Source: a bacterium (GTDB lineage: Bacteria > Acidobacteriota > Aminicenantia > Aminicenantales > Aminicenantaceae). From it: 64,000 nucleotides of DNA. The DNA lies in contig JAGXKI010000008.1 in NCBI GenBank assembly GCA_018335295.1, positions 635 to 64,634 on the forward strand, read 5' to 3'. Shown piece after piece: positions 20,592 to 30,041 of the stretch. The notes under the pieces were generated by a model, which worked only from the letters and a program-made list of their open reading frames with translations, had not been told where the DNA came from and did no database searches. The translations under genes and the position numbers were made by a program. How positions within the stretch are numbered: position 1 is the stretch's first letter; each line of letters starts with the position of its first letter.

Positions 20592-21272
20592 TTAACTCAG
20601 TATTATAGTAGCGATTAAAAAATAGATAGGTCTAAAAATAAGATCCAAAAAGCCGATGAAAAGCAGCCCCAGGATGATTAAAAACCCATAAGGACGTATT
20701 TTCTCCAGTTTCTCTGCAGCTTCTTCCGAAATGATCCCCATAGCCACCCCGCTTCCGTCCAGAGGGGGGATGGGAATGAGGTTGAAAACAGCCAGAAAGG
20801 TATTGATGAGGACTCCGTAGAAAAAAAGAAGGGCCAAACCTTCTAAGGGATGAAATCCCTGGGAGAGAGAGGTTTGTCCTGTGAGTACGGATCGAAAGAA
20901 ATGCACAATCTGAGGGTCCACAAATTTGAGGATCACAATCCCTATCAAAAAAGAGAAGGCAGCGGTCAAATTGGATAAGGGCCCTGATGCTGATATCCAT
21001 AAGTTGTCGCGGCGGGGGTCTTTCAGGTTTAAGGGATTGACCGGAACCGGCTTAGCCCAGCCAAAAAAAGGGATGCCTGTGATCATCATGACCAGAGGAA
21101 GGAGGATGGTTCCGATGGGGTCAATATGGGGAATGGGGTTGAGGGTGATTCTTCCCAGTTGGTGGGCGGTGGGGTCTCCAAATTTATAGGCGGTCCAACC
21201 GTGAGCCGATTCGTGGATGGTTATGGCGAAGAGAAGGACAAAATAGGCGATAACTCTGGTGATGATTTCCAT
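20592..21272 (-). CDS. Site-2 protease family (peptidase M50) membrane metalloprotease
   Basis: HESAHG (HExxH) in TM helix, multiple TM segments. Confidence 0.75.
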   Translation of the reverse strand: MEIITRVIAYFVLLFAITIHESAHGWTAYKFGDPTAHQLGRITLNPIPHIDPIGTILLPLVMMITGIPFFGWAKPVPVNPLNLKDPRRDNLWISASGPLSNLTAAFSFLIGIVILKFVDPQIVHFFRSVLTGQTSLSQGFHPLEGLALLFFYGVLINTFLAVFNLIPIPPLDGSGVAMGIISEEAAEKLEKIRPYGFLIILGLLFIGFLDLIFRPIYFLIATIILS

Positions 21273-21323
21273 TTGAGAGCTATTTATAGCACAACCGCCT
21301 TTTATCGTAAAGGAGGGGAATGA

Positions 21324-21383
21324 GTTCGAAAATAGCTACTAATGAATCATATTCTTTTTATGGATGGGTCCTGTCACGGGATG
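21324..21383. repeat. Intergenic repeat family copy A (GTTCGAAAATAGCTACTAATGAATCATATTCTTTTTATGGATGGGTCCTGTCACGGGATG)
   Basis: About 93% identical to 32871-32930. Confidence 0.7.
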
Positions 21384-21393
21384 TATTTGATTA

Positions 21394-21545
21394 TGCGAAA
21401 AAGGCGAGACGGGCGAGAAAAGTGATCCTTGTTCCTTGCGTCGGTTTTGTTAATCGCGTTGCTTGCGTGTTTAGCGTTCCTTGAGTTGATTGCGTTTATT
21501 GCGTTGTTTGGGTTGAGAGAAAGCGAGAAATGCGAGAAAAAATGA
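21394..21545. repeat. GCGAGAAA-containing repeat (copy of 3501-3531) followed by 6-7 tandem degenerate TTGCGT/GCGTT units and further GCGAGAAA motifs
   Basis: Read directly; low-complexity, non-coding. Confidence 0.55.
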
Positions 21546-21627
21546 GATAAAAGAATATCCACAAGCTGGACTTAGTCCTTCAATTCAGACAACCATGCAA
21601 AATCGACCAGATGAGCTTAAACTGAAA

Positions 21628-23208
21628 TTAACTGTTCAGGATTTTTTCGGCCTCTTCCTTGTCCACTTCTGTGATGTAAGGGATTCCGCTTATATCGGCA
21701 GCCTCTTTGGTGAGGGATGCTAAATCATCTCGAGAGATATAAGAAAGATTGAATTTTCGGTTTCCGGCCATCAGCTGACGGACTCCCTGCTGAAGTCTAT
21801 GGTAATAGCTGTAAAGACCCAATGCGCCGGTGGGAATGTCCGTGAATCTATCTTTGTACATCTGTTTGATTTCAGGAGCCGTGACAAAGATCTCTTCAGC
21901 ACTGTCACCGAATCGTTCCACATAAACCGGGATCTGTCCCTCATTGATTCTTTTCCCGATGGTTTTTCCTACCATGGTGGCGGCCACGGGTCCCCGGGCC
22001 ATACTCACCAATTTGAAATAGGGCGCTCCCAAGGCCAAGGCTTTGTAAATCTGATCTTCAAGAGTGATTCCCCCAGCAACAGCCACGTCGGGGATGTACT
22101 CTCCCTTATCATCGAGCTTTTTAAGGTATTGGTAGAGAAGAGACCAGATTTCCACACTGGGGATTCCCCATTCATTCATCATCCGCCAGGGGCTCATTCC
22201 TGTTCCTCCTCCGGCTCCGTCGACCGTAAGAAGGTCCAGCTTGGCTTTAGAGGCAAATTTGACAGCTCGAGCCAGGTCGGCCGGACGAAAAGCTCCTGTT
22301 TTGAGGAAGATATATTTGGCTCCGGCTTTCCTGAGTTCTTCCGCTCTTTTCATGAAGCTTTCTTCATCCACCATTCCCAGGCGGGAATGTCTTTCAAATT
22401 CTTTGAAGCTGCCTTTTTCGAATGATTTGATGACATTGGGGTCTTCCGGATTAGGGAGAACAATGTAGCCTCTTTTCTTTAATTTTTGGGCTTTTTCAAG
22501 GTCTTTGATTTTGACTTCGCCCCCGATATCCTTGGCTCCCTGTCCCCACTTCATTTCTACAGTATCCACCCCTAATTTGTCCATTACGTATTCCTGAACT
22601 TTCAATCGAGTGTCTTCTACGTTGGCCTGAACGGCCACTGTGCCGTATCCGTCCTGCTGCCAGTCTTTGAATAATCGAACCCGTCTTTCCATATCCGGGG
22701 AGCGGATAACTCTTCCGTTTTTTATTTCTGAATCCGGATCCATCGCGCACACATTTTCTCCAACCGAAAGAATGGTCCCTGATATAGCCGCTCCAATGGC
22801 CAAACCATCCCAGTTTTGTTTAGCCACATTGGTGGAACCCATGGCTCCAATGATAAAAGGAATTTTCAGCTTGAGCCCTTTATCGTGACCGATGGCTGTT
22901 TCGATGCTCACTTTGGGGAATATCGCCTTGTCGCTGTCGGCTTCCACACCATAAGCTCCTACGGCCGTACCCATAATGCTGAAGTGAGAAAGATCCACAG
23001 GATATTCTTTTTCTGAGGCGGACGTGATAATCCCGAAAGGTTGGGGGTAGAGGACTTCCGCACCTCGGTAAGCTGATTTTCCGATCTCACACATCCCGAT
23101 GCAGCCGTCCACACAAGTGGTGCACATACCGCTAAACGGACTGATAGAGCCTTCGGTCCTGTTTTTGGTTAATGTGGCCGCGCTTCGATTGAGTTTTGTA
23201 TAAGCCAT
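21628..23208 (-). CDS. Glutamate synthase FMN-binding domain protein (GltB domain-2 like, PF01645-type) with N-terminal Cys cluster; no amidotransferase domain
   Basis: TVDGAGGGTGMSP (cf. GltS HDGGTGASP), CTTCVDGCIGMC N-terminal cluster. Confidence 0.7.
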   Translation of the reverse strand: MAYTKLNRSAATLTKNRTEGSISPFSGMCTTCVDGCIGMCEIGKSAYRGAEVLYPQPFGIITSASEKEYPVDLSHFSIMGTAVGAYGVEADSDKAIFPKVSIETAIGHDKGLKLKIPFIIGAMGSTNVAKQNWDGLAIGAAISGTILSVGENVCAMDPDSEIKNGRVIRSPDMERRVRLFKDWQQDGYGTVAVQANVEDTRLKVQEYVMDKLGVDTVEMKWGQGAKDIGGEVKIKDLEKAQKLKKRGYIVLPNPEDPNVIKSFEKGSFKEFERHSRLGMVDEESFMKRAEELRKAGAKYIFLKTGAFRPADLARAVKFASKAKLDLLTVDGAGGGTGMSPWRMMNEWGIPSVEIWSLLYQYLKKLDDKGEYIPDVAVAGGITLEDQIYKALALGAPYFKLVSMARGPVAATMVGKTIGKRINEGQIPVYVERFGDSAEEIFVTAPEIKQMYKDRFTDIPTGALGLYSYYHRLQQGVRQLMAGNRKFNLSYISRDDLASLTKEAADISGIPYITEVDKEEAEKILNS

Positions 23209-23270
23209 TATAACTACCTCCTTATTTCCTCATTTATTTATAAACGAATAGGATAAGGCTAAGATATTCA

Positions 23271-23993
23271 TTATTTATGACCAGCCTTTTCCTTAGTCTC
23301 CTTTTCCGGGCCTTCCTTGACACATGTGCCGCAGCGGCCGGCATCATACATCCAGCACTGGAGTTCCTCATAGTAATCGAGACAGGTGGGATCCATTTGT
23401 AAACAGGCATTGCAAACCGTTGTGTCTGGATCGGGACCGTGACATCTCAATTGGCAGGCCGGACAGATGTACATGCAACCTCCGCACAGCCGGCATTCTT
23501 CGGAGCGCATATCAAAGGGGGTAGAAATCCTTCGTTTGTATCCTCTGTTTTGGAAGCCGATGGCCTTTCCCCCCATTTGTTCTCTGCACATCCGCACACA
23601 AAGCCCGCAGAGAACACATTCCTCATTTCGGACTTTAAACCGGCACTGCTTCACTCCGAATTTGGAGGCCAAATCCTGGATGGTTTTGGAATTGGGTGCT
23701 ATAGCCAGCATCAGTTCGATCATCATCCGCCGGGTCCGGATGACTCTTTGGGTGTCTGTATGAACCACCAGTCCTTTATGTACAGGGTAAGTGCAGGAGG
23801 AAACCAGTTTGGTTTTGGGAGTTTCTCCGATTTCCACAAGGCAGAGACGGCATCCTCCATACACACTCAGCCCTTCGTTGTAGCAGAGAGTGGGGATTTC
23901 GATGCCGTAAAATTTGGCTGTGTCCAAGATAGACCAGCCTTCTTCGGCTCTGACCTCTAAACCGTTCATTATTATATTGATCATTTTGACCAT
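23271..23993 (-). CDS. Ferredoxin-type subunit resembling NuoG/HydA N-terminal region (2Fe-2S plus two 4Fe-4S), lacking any catalytic domain
   Basis: CRLCLVEIG...SSC 2Fe-2S pattern; CVLCGLCVRMC and CRLCGGCMYICPAC clusters. Confidence 0.7.
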   Translation of the reverse strand: MVKMINIIMNGLEVRAEEGWSILDTAKFYGIEIPTLCYNEGLSVYGGCRLCLVEIGETPKTKLVSSCTYPVHKGLVVHTDTQRVIRTRRMMIELMLAIAPNSKTIQDLASKFGVKQCRFKVRNEECVLCGLCVRMCREQMGGKAIGFQNRGYKRRISTPFDMRSEECRLCGGCMYICPACQLRCHGPDPDTTVCNACLQMDPTCLDYYEELQCWMYDAGRCGTCVKEGPEKETKEKAGHK

Positions 23994-26900
23994 CCTAAAG
24001 CTTCTTTCCCGTCTTCTGTTTCCAGTTCACATCTCAAACATCTTCGAGCTTCTTTAATAGCTGTCTTTTCGTCGAATCCTAATAACACTTCTTTATAATT
24101 CTTTTGTCGGTCTTTCACAGACAGCTTAGGCATTTCTGGACGTTCGGCTTCCTCTATTTCCTTTTCAGTAAGTTCCACCGGTTCTACATACATAGAAGGA
24201 CGGGTGAGCTTGTGTTTTATAGAAAGGGATTCTCCCTTTAGGTATTTTTGAATGGATTCGGCGGCTTTTTTCCCTGAAGCCAAAGCTTCCACCACAGTGT
24301 TTGGGCCTGTGACCACATCTCCTCCTGCAAAAACTCCTTTTTGACCGGTGAGATAAGTTCTTTCATCAGCCACAATCGTGTTCCATTTGGTGATATTGAG
24401 GGAATCGCTTTCGGAAAGGAATGAAATATCAGGTCTTTCTCCAATGGCGGGAATAAGGGTGTCCAGTTCAACAGTAAATTCAGACCCTTCAATGGGGATG
24501 GGTCGTCTTCTTCCGCTGGAATCCATTTCTCCTAATCTCATCCGCACACATTGAACTCCTTTAATTTTTCCGTTTTCACTGATAACTTTTACTGGAGAAA
24601 CGAGAAATTGAATGTCGATTCCTTCTTCTATCGCAAAGTCTACCTCTTCTTCAAAGGCAGGCATTTCTTTCCGTGTTCTTCTATAGAGAACGGTTACTTT
24701 TTGACAATATTTATTTCTAATGGCCACCCGGGCTGCATCAATGGCAGCATTTCCGCCACCAATAATACCTGCCCTTTCTCCCAGATCGATGTCTTCTCCT
24801 AAGTTCGTAGCTTTAAGCAAATCCATAGCTTGGACAACTCCCTTGGATTGTTCTCCAGGAATGTTGAGTTTCATGGATTTATGAGCTCCGGTTGCCAGGA
24901 ACACGGCCTGGTATCCTTGATGAAAAAGGTCTTGGATAGAGAAATCTTTGCCTAAACGAGTGTTGGTTTTAAACTCGATTCCGCAGTTTTTGATGTATTC
25001 AAGATCGAATTCAAGAAAGGGTTTAGGCAGTCTGTGATCAGGAATTCCTATGGACAACATTCCTCCCAAAACAGGCAAGGCTTCAAAGAGGGTCACTGGA
25101 TATCCCTTTAGGTTCAGAGAGTACGCAGCAGCCAGGCCTGCGGGTCCAGATCCGATGACAGCCACTTTCTGTGTTTTGGAGGGTTCCCTATTTGGGGTGG
25201 AGCCTTTATATTCTTTTTCTCTGGCCCAATCTGTCACAAATCTTTTTAGGCCCCGAATCGCAATGGGTTTGCTTATTTCTCCGGCCCGACACACTTCTTC
25301 ACATGGATGATGACAAACTCGTCCACACACAGAGGGGAGGGGATTGTCTTTTCTGATTATATCCATAGCTTCCTGGAATTTTCCTTGGGCGATGAGGGCG
25401 ATATAGACAGGAGCTTCTTGGTCGACAGGGCAAATATATTGGCAGGGGGATGAAACTAGCTCTGTACATACCAAAGCCGGACATTGTTTTTTTTGAATGT
25501 GGGATTCGTATTCATCCCTGAAATATTTAATTGTAGAAAGGACTGGGTTCGCCGCCGTTTGACCTAACCCACATAAAGAAGCATCTTTAACTGCTTGAGC
25601 CAGTTCTTCCAAAAGATCAATGTCCTCTCTTTTTCCTTTTCCCAGGGAAATATCATTCACGATTTCCCACATATGTTGAGTTCCTTCCCGGCAGGAAAGA
25701 CATTTGCCGCAGGATTCATCTCGGAGAAAATTCAGAAAGTATTTGGAGACATCCACCATGCAGGTGCTTTCATCCATAACAATCATTCCCCCTGAACCCA
25801 TTATAGATCCGACTTCGGCTAAGCTTTCATAGTCAATAGGAAGGTCCAGTTTCTCTTTGGGAATACATCCTCCAGAAGGGCCTCCGGTTTGAACGGCCTT
25901 GAATTGTTTTCCTTCAGGAATTCCTCCCCCAATATCGAAGATGATTTCTTTGAGGGTAATCCCCATTGGCACTTCTACTAAACCGGTATTGTTGATTTTT
26001 CCCACTAAAGAAAAGATTTTAGTACCTTTACTTCCATTGGTCCCGATTTGGGAAAACCAATCCGCTCCGTTTTTGATAATGATGGGTATATTGGCCCAAG
26101 TTTCCACATTGTTGATATTGGTGGGCTTTTTCCATAAGCCTTTAACTGCAGGAAAAGGAGGACGTTGGCGGGGTTCTCCCACTTTTCCTTCTATAGAAGC
26201 AATCAAGGCTGTTTCTTCACCGCAGACAAAAGCTCCGGCTCCTTTAGCTATGTGAAGGTTAAAATTGAATCCAGTACCCAGTATGTTTTTACCCAGCAAT
26301 CCCATATTTTTGGCTTGAGTGATTGCTTTGGAAATGTGTTTGACCGCCAGCGGGTATTCATCTCTCACGTAGATGTATCCTTCTTCGGCTCCGATGGCAT
26401 AGGCACCCAGGAGCATACCTTCCAGAACTCGATGAGGATTTCCTTCCAGTAAACTACGGTCCATGTAAGCCCCTGGATCTCCTTCGTCGGCGTTGCAGAT
26501 GATGTATTTGGGATTTCCTTTGGCTTTGCGGGCGAATTCCCATTTTTTTCCGGTCGGGAAACCTGCGCCGCCTCTTCCTCTGATGCCGGATTCCTTGACC
26601 CTGTCAATGACTTCTTGAGGTTTCATTTCCTCTAGAACTTGAATCAAAGAACTGTACCCGCCTATAGACAGATAATCTTGAATGTCTTCTGGGTCGATCA
26701 ACGTATTATCACCCAGCACAATGCGTTTTTGTTTTTTATAGAAAGGAATATTTTTTTCTTTATAGATTGTTTGACCAGTTTGAGGGTCTGTAAACAGAAG
26801 ATGTTTAATAGGTTTATCTTTGAGAACTGTTTGATTGATGATCTCAGTGGCATCTTCAGGTTGGACGTGTTGATAGAATAAATCTTGAGGTTGAAGAATG

Positions 26901-27145
26901 ATATTGGGTTCTGCTTCACAAAAACCATGACAGCCAGTGATTTTAAGCTCGACTTGATCTTTTAACTTCTTTTTTTCAATTTCCTGTTTTAAAGCTTCCA
27001 CCACTTTAAGGGATCCTCTGGCTTGTCCGCAGGTTCCCGCCGAGACAGTGAGAATTTGGCGTTTATCAGAGTTCCTTTTTTGGACTTCTTTTTCAATGGT
27101 TTGTTTTAATTCTTGTGTTGATTTAATTCTCTTGAGGTTGTTCAT
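23981..27145 (-). CDS. Fusion protein: thioredoxin-like 2Fe-2S domain + NuoF/HydB-type NADH:FMN 4Fe-4S module + GltD/NfnB-type 2x[4Fe-4S] FAD/NAD(P)H oxidoreductase
   Basis: GRGGAGFPTGKKWEF, ESCGKCLSCREGT, SLCGLGQ (NuoF); CGRVCHHPCEEVC and VAVIGSGPAGLAAAY (GltD). Confidence 0.8.
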   Translation of the reverse strand: MNNLKRIKSTQELKQTIEKEVQKRNSDKRQILTVSAGTCGQARGSLKVVEALKQEIEKKKLKDQVELKITGCHGFCEAEPNIILQPQDLFYQHVQPEDATEIINQTVLKDKPIKHLLFTDPQTGQTIYKEKNIPFYKKQKRIVLGDNTLIDPEDIQDYLSIGGYSSLIQVLEEMKPQEVIDRVKESGIRGRGGAGFPTGKKWEFARKAKGNPKYIICNADEGDPGAYMDRSLLEGNPHRVLEGMLLGAYAIGAEEGYIYVRDEYPLAVKHISKAITQAKNMGLLGKNILGTGFNFNLHIAKGAGAFVCGEETALIASIEGKVGEPRQRPPFPAVKGLWKKPTNINNVETWANIPIIIKNGADWFSQIGTNGSKGTKIFSLVGKINNTGLVEVPMGITLKEIIFDIGGGIPEGKQFKAVQTGGPSGGCIPKEKLDLPIDYESLAEVGSIMGSGGMIVMDESTCMVDVSKYFLNFLRDESCGKCLSCREGTQHMWEIVNDISLGKGKREDIDLLEELAQAVKDASLCGLGQTAANPVLSTIKYFRDEYESHIQKKQCPALVCTELVSSPCQYICPVDQEAPVYIALIAQGKFQEAMDIIRKDNPLPSVCGRVCHHPCEEVCRAGEISKPIAIRGLKRFVTDWAREKEYKGSTPNREPSKTQKVAVIGSGPAGLAAAYSLNLKGYPVTLFEALPVLGGMLSIGIPDHRLPKPFLEFDLEYIKNCGIEFKTNTRLGKDFSIQDLFHQGYQAVFLATGAHKSMKLNIPGEQSKGVVQAMDLLKATNLGEDIDLGERAGIIGGGNAAIDAARVAIRNKYCQKVTVLYRRTRKEMPAFEEEVDFAIEEGIDIQFLVSPVKVISENGKIKGVQCVRMRLGEMDSSGRRRPIPIEGSEFTVELDTLIPAIGERPDISFLSESDSLNITKWNTIVADERTYLTGQKGVFAGGDVVTGPNTVVEALASGKKAAESIQKYLKGESLSIKHKLTRPSMYVEPVELTEKEIEEAERPEMPKLSVKDRQKNYKEVLLGFDEKTAIKEARRCLRCELETEDGKEALGWSK

Positions 27146-27617
27146 TTTCTTTCTCTTTTTTATGATAGGTCTTTAAGATCGAACCGACCTTGCGGATGTT
27201 GGTGTGGGAATAATAATTTCCGTCAACCACCACAACGGGACCTATGGCACAGCATCCCAAACAAGCCACGGTTTCCAAGCTGAATTGTTTGTCTTCTGTA
27301 GTTTCTCCAGATTCGATTCCCAGTTTCCTTTCAAACTCTTCCAGGATTTTGGGGCCTCCGCGGACATGGCAGGCTGTGCCCATACATACAGTGACCATAT
27401 GTTCTCCTTTAGGCTCAAGACTGAACGACCTGTAAAAAGTGGCCACACTGATAATGTCAATGAGGGGGATCCCTAAAGTTTGGGAAACGAATCTCAAGGC
27501 TTCTGCAGGGAGATAATTGTATTCACCTTGAATGTCTTGAAGGATGGAAATGAGGGCTTGTTTTTTTGAATCATGTTTTTCTATAAAAGATTTGATCTTT
27601 TGAGTTTCGGCATTCAC
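27123..27617 (-). CDS. NuoE/HoxE/HndA-type thioredoxin-like [2Fe-2S] subunit
   Basis: CMGTAC...ACLGCC cluster motif. Confidence 0.8.
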   Translation of the reverse strand: MNAETQKIKSFIEKHDSKKQALISILQDIQGEYNYLPAEALRFVSQTLGIPLIDIISVATFYRSFSLEPKGEHMVTVCMGTACHVRGGPKILEEFERKLGIESGETTEDKQFSLETVACLGCCAIGPVVVVDGNYYSHTNIRKVGSILKTYHKKEKENEQPQEN

Positions 27618-27747
27618 GGAAACTTCTCCCTTATGATTGATTTATAGGAGGAAAAGGATGAAAATATTAATATAAAATTGAGTTTTTAAATATTAGAAAA
27701 AAAACCTATTATTCCTCCTCTTAACCTATATTAATTAATAACCAAAA

Positions 27748-27777
27748 CATATACCAGATATAAATTTCAGTTGTCAA
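27748..27777 (-). promoter_or_regulatory. Candidate promoter for the nuoE-like operon (minus-strand TTGACA at 27772-27777, TATATG-like -10 at about 27748-27753)
   Basis: Hexamers in AT-rich 220-bp upstream region; weak -10. Confidence 0.25.
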
Positions 27778-27837
27778 GAAATTTTTTGGCCTTTAGAGGG
27801 AGGAGAATCAAAGAAATGTTGGAATGATGAAAAGGAT

Positions 27838-29244
27838 TTATAGAAAAGGCAGGTATTTTTGAATTTCATAGTCGCTGACCTGTTTATCAAATTCTGTGGT
27901 CACATTCTTGGTGTATTCTTCAATTTCCCATTTTTTATTGGAGATGAATTTGTTGAAAACATGCTCTCCCAATGTCTCTTTAACCAAAGCGCTGTTTTTA
28001 GTGAAGGAGACAGCTTCCTTCAATCCTTGGGGAAGAACTTTGATTTTTAATTTTTTTTGTCTTGATTTGCTCATTTCATAGATGTTTTCTTCTACAGGGT
28101 CTTCCAGTACATATTTGTTTTGTATCCCTTTCATCCCGGCCATCAGCATGATAGAAAAAGCCAAATAGAGATTGCAGGAAGGATCGGCAGCTCTGAGTTC
28201 GATTCGGGTGGCCTGTTCCTTTCCTGGCTGATACTCTGGAACCCGGATGTAAGCCGAACGGTTCCTTTGTCCCCAGGCCACATAAACGGGGGCTTCATAA
28301 CCTTCAATCAACCGTTTGTAAGAGTTGACCCATTGACAGAGCAGAGAAGAAATTTCTCCCGAGTGAGCCATCAGTCCCGCTATGTACTGACGGGCCTTTT
28401 GCGAAAGTTGGTAGGTGTTTTTTGGGTCAAAGAAAATATTTTTTCCATTCTTCCATAGAGATTGATGGACATGCATGCCGCTTCCATTTTGGGCGTTGAG
28501 GGGTTTAGGCATAAAAGTGGCATAAAGATTGTGCATCCGGGCCACTTTTTTGACCAGATACCGGAAGATCATGGAACTATCAGCCATATCTAAGGCAGAA
28601 AGATATTTGAGGTCAATTTCGTGCTGCCCGTGAGCCACCTCGTGATGGTCATATTCGGATTTTATCCCCATTTTTTTGAGTAAAAGTTGGACCTCTTTTC
28701 GAATCTCTCCCTGTCGGCCTCCAAAAAAGTAACCTCCTTTATCTAAAGCCACAGCCTCTTTATCGTTGGGAAAGAGAAAAAATTCTAGTTCGGGGCCAAT
28801 TTTGAAGTCATCGATCCCCCATTCTTTCTTTCCCCTTTCCAATGCTTTTTTCAAGACAAGCCGGGAATCTCCTTCATAAGGCTCCCCTCCTGGTTTGAAA
28901 ATATCTCCAAACATGATGGCTTCTCTCCATATGGTGTTTTCGTCAAATCCATGATAAGACCAGGGGAGAACTCGAAAGGTAGAAGCATCGGGTTTGATGA
29001 TCAAGTCGCTTTCTTCGATACGAACAAAGCCTTCTACCGAAGAACCATCAAATCCCTTGCCTTCTTGGAATGTTTTTCCCAGTTCATGATTGGGAATAGT
29101 GAAGTCCATAGGTCTCCCTAGAATATCGGGAAATATGATGCGGACAAATTCGATTTTGTGGGAAGGATCTAATACCGTGTCCAGTACCTCATCGGAGTTT
29201 TCATAACCAAAAAACTTTATATCGGAATGAAAGCCACTTTCCAT
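27838..29244 (-). CDS. glnA: Glutamine synthetase, type I
   Basis: 468 aa, GS beta-grasp and catalytic domain pattern (EVAHGQHEID, NGSGMHVHQS). Confidence 0.85.
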   Translation of the reverse strand: MESGFHSDIKFFGYENSDEVLDTVLDPSHKIEFVRIIFPDILGRPMDFTIPNHELGKTFQEGKGFDGSSVEGFVRIEESDLIIKPDASTFRVLPWSYHGFDENTIWREAIMFGDIFKPGGEPYEGDSRLVLKKALERGKKEWGIDDFKIGPELEFFLFPNDKEAVALDKGGYFFGGRQGEIRKEVQLLLKKMGIKSEYDHHEVAHGQHEIDLKYLSALDMADSSMIFRYLVKKVARMHNLYATFMPKPLNAQNGSGMHVHQSLWKNGKNIFFDPKNTYQLSQKARQYIAGLMAHSGEISSLLCQWVNSYKRLIEGYEAPVYVAWGQRNRSAYIRVPEYQPGKEQATRIELRAADPSCNLYLAFSIMLMAGMKGIQNKYVLEDPVEENIYEMSKSRQKKLKIKVLPQGLKEAVSFTKNSALVKETLGEHVFNKFISNKKWEIEEYTKNVTTEFDKQVSDYEIQKYLPFL

Positions 29245-29597
29245 GAGACCTCCTCTTTGAATGAAAAGCGATGATTCTTTTTATTTTTCTACCTGCACTA
29301 TTCGTAAAAAAGGCCCAGCATAATGAATAACCCACACAACCATCCATGGGCTCAGAGCCCAAAGTGTCTGATCCCATTTTTTTGATATTTTATCTTAAAA
29401 TCAGCCTTTCAGGCGAGTCGGACTGGACTCGTTAATAATCAAGGCTATTTGGGGAGATCTCTTTCATCACCCAAATGAATTTTGAAAATAATTTTAGGAA
29501 AAAATTGTACATATGTCAATTAATGAATTAAAATAATGTGTAAATGCATTGATTTTAGATGAATATGAAAACATAAGCCCACAGTAGGGAGGAGAAA

Positions 29598-30041
29598 ATG
29601 ATGGATGAAGTTGAAAGGAAAATAATCCGGTCACTGAATCAGAACGCCCGGAAGAGCTTTCGAGAAGTGGCCAAGGAAGTGGGAGTTTCTGTGACATCGG
29701 TCATAAACAGGGTGAAAAAATTTGAAAAGTCCGGGATAATCAAAGGATACATTCCTGTGGTGGATCCTCAGATTATAGGACTTAAGTTGACTGCGATCAT
29801 TGCTCTGAGAATTTCCAAAGGAAATTTACTGGAAACTCAAAGGAGAATTGCTGAAGATTCCCGGATTGTGAGCGTATATGATATTACTGGAGAATGGGAT
29901 TCCATGGTTTTAGGGTATTTTAGAGATAGAGACGACCTGAACGAGTTCATAAAAAACCTTCTATCTAAAGAAAATATTGACCGATCGGTCACTCATGTGG
30001 TTTTGAATGTGGTGAAAGAAGAAAAAGGAATTCAAATCTGA
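29598..30041 (+). CDS. Lrp/AsnC family transcriptional regulator
   Basis: N-terminal HTH (RKSFREVAKEVGVSVTSV), C-terminal RAM domain. Confidence 0.85.
   Translation: MMDEVERKIIRSLNQNARKSFREVAKEVGVSVTSVINRVKKFEKSGIIKGYIPVVDPQIIGLKLTAIIALRISKGNLLETQRRIAEDSRIVSVYDITGEWDSMVLGYFRDRDDLNEFIKNLLSKENIDRSVTHVVLNVVKEEKGIQI

Noticed and set aside
21628-27617. Interpretation of the NuoE/NuoF/NuoG-like genes as a [FeFe]-hydrogenase (HydABC) or formate dehydrogenase operon
   Set aside because: The NuoG/HydA-like protein is only 240 aa. It has ferredoxin clusters but no H-cluster domain and no molybdopterin domain. The only catalytic-type partner is the GltB FMN domain protein.
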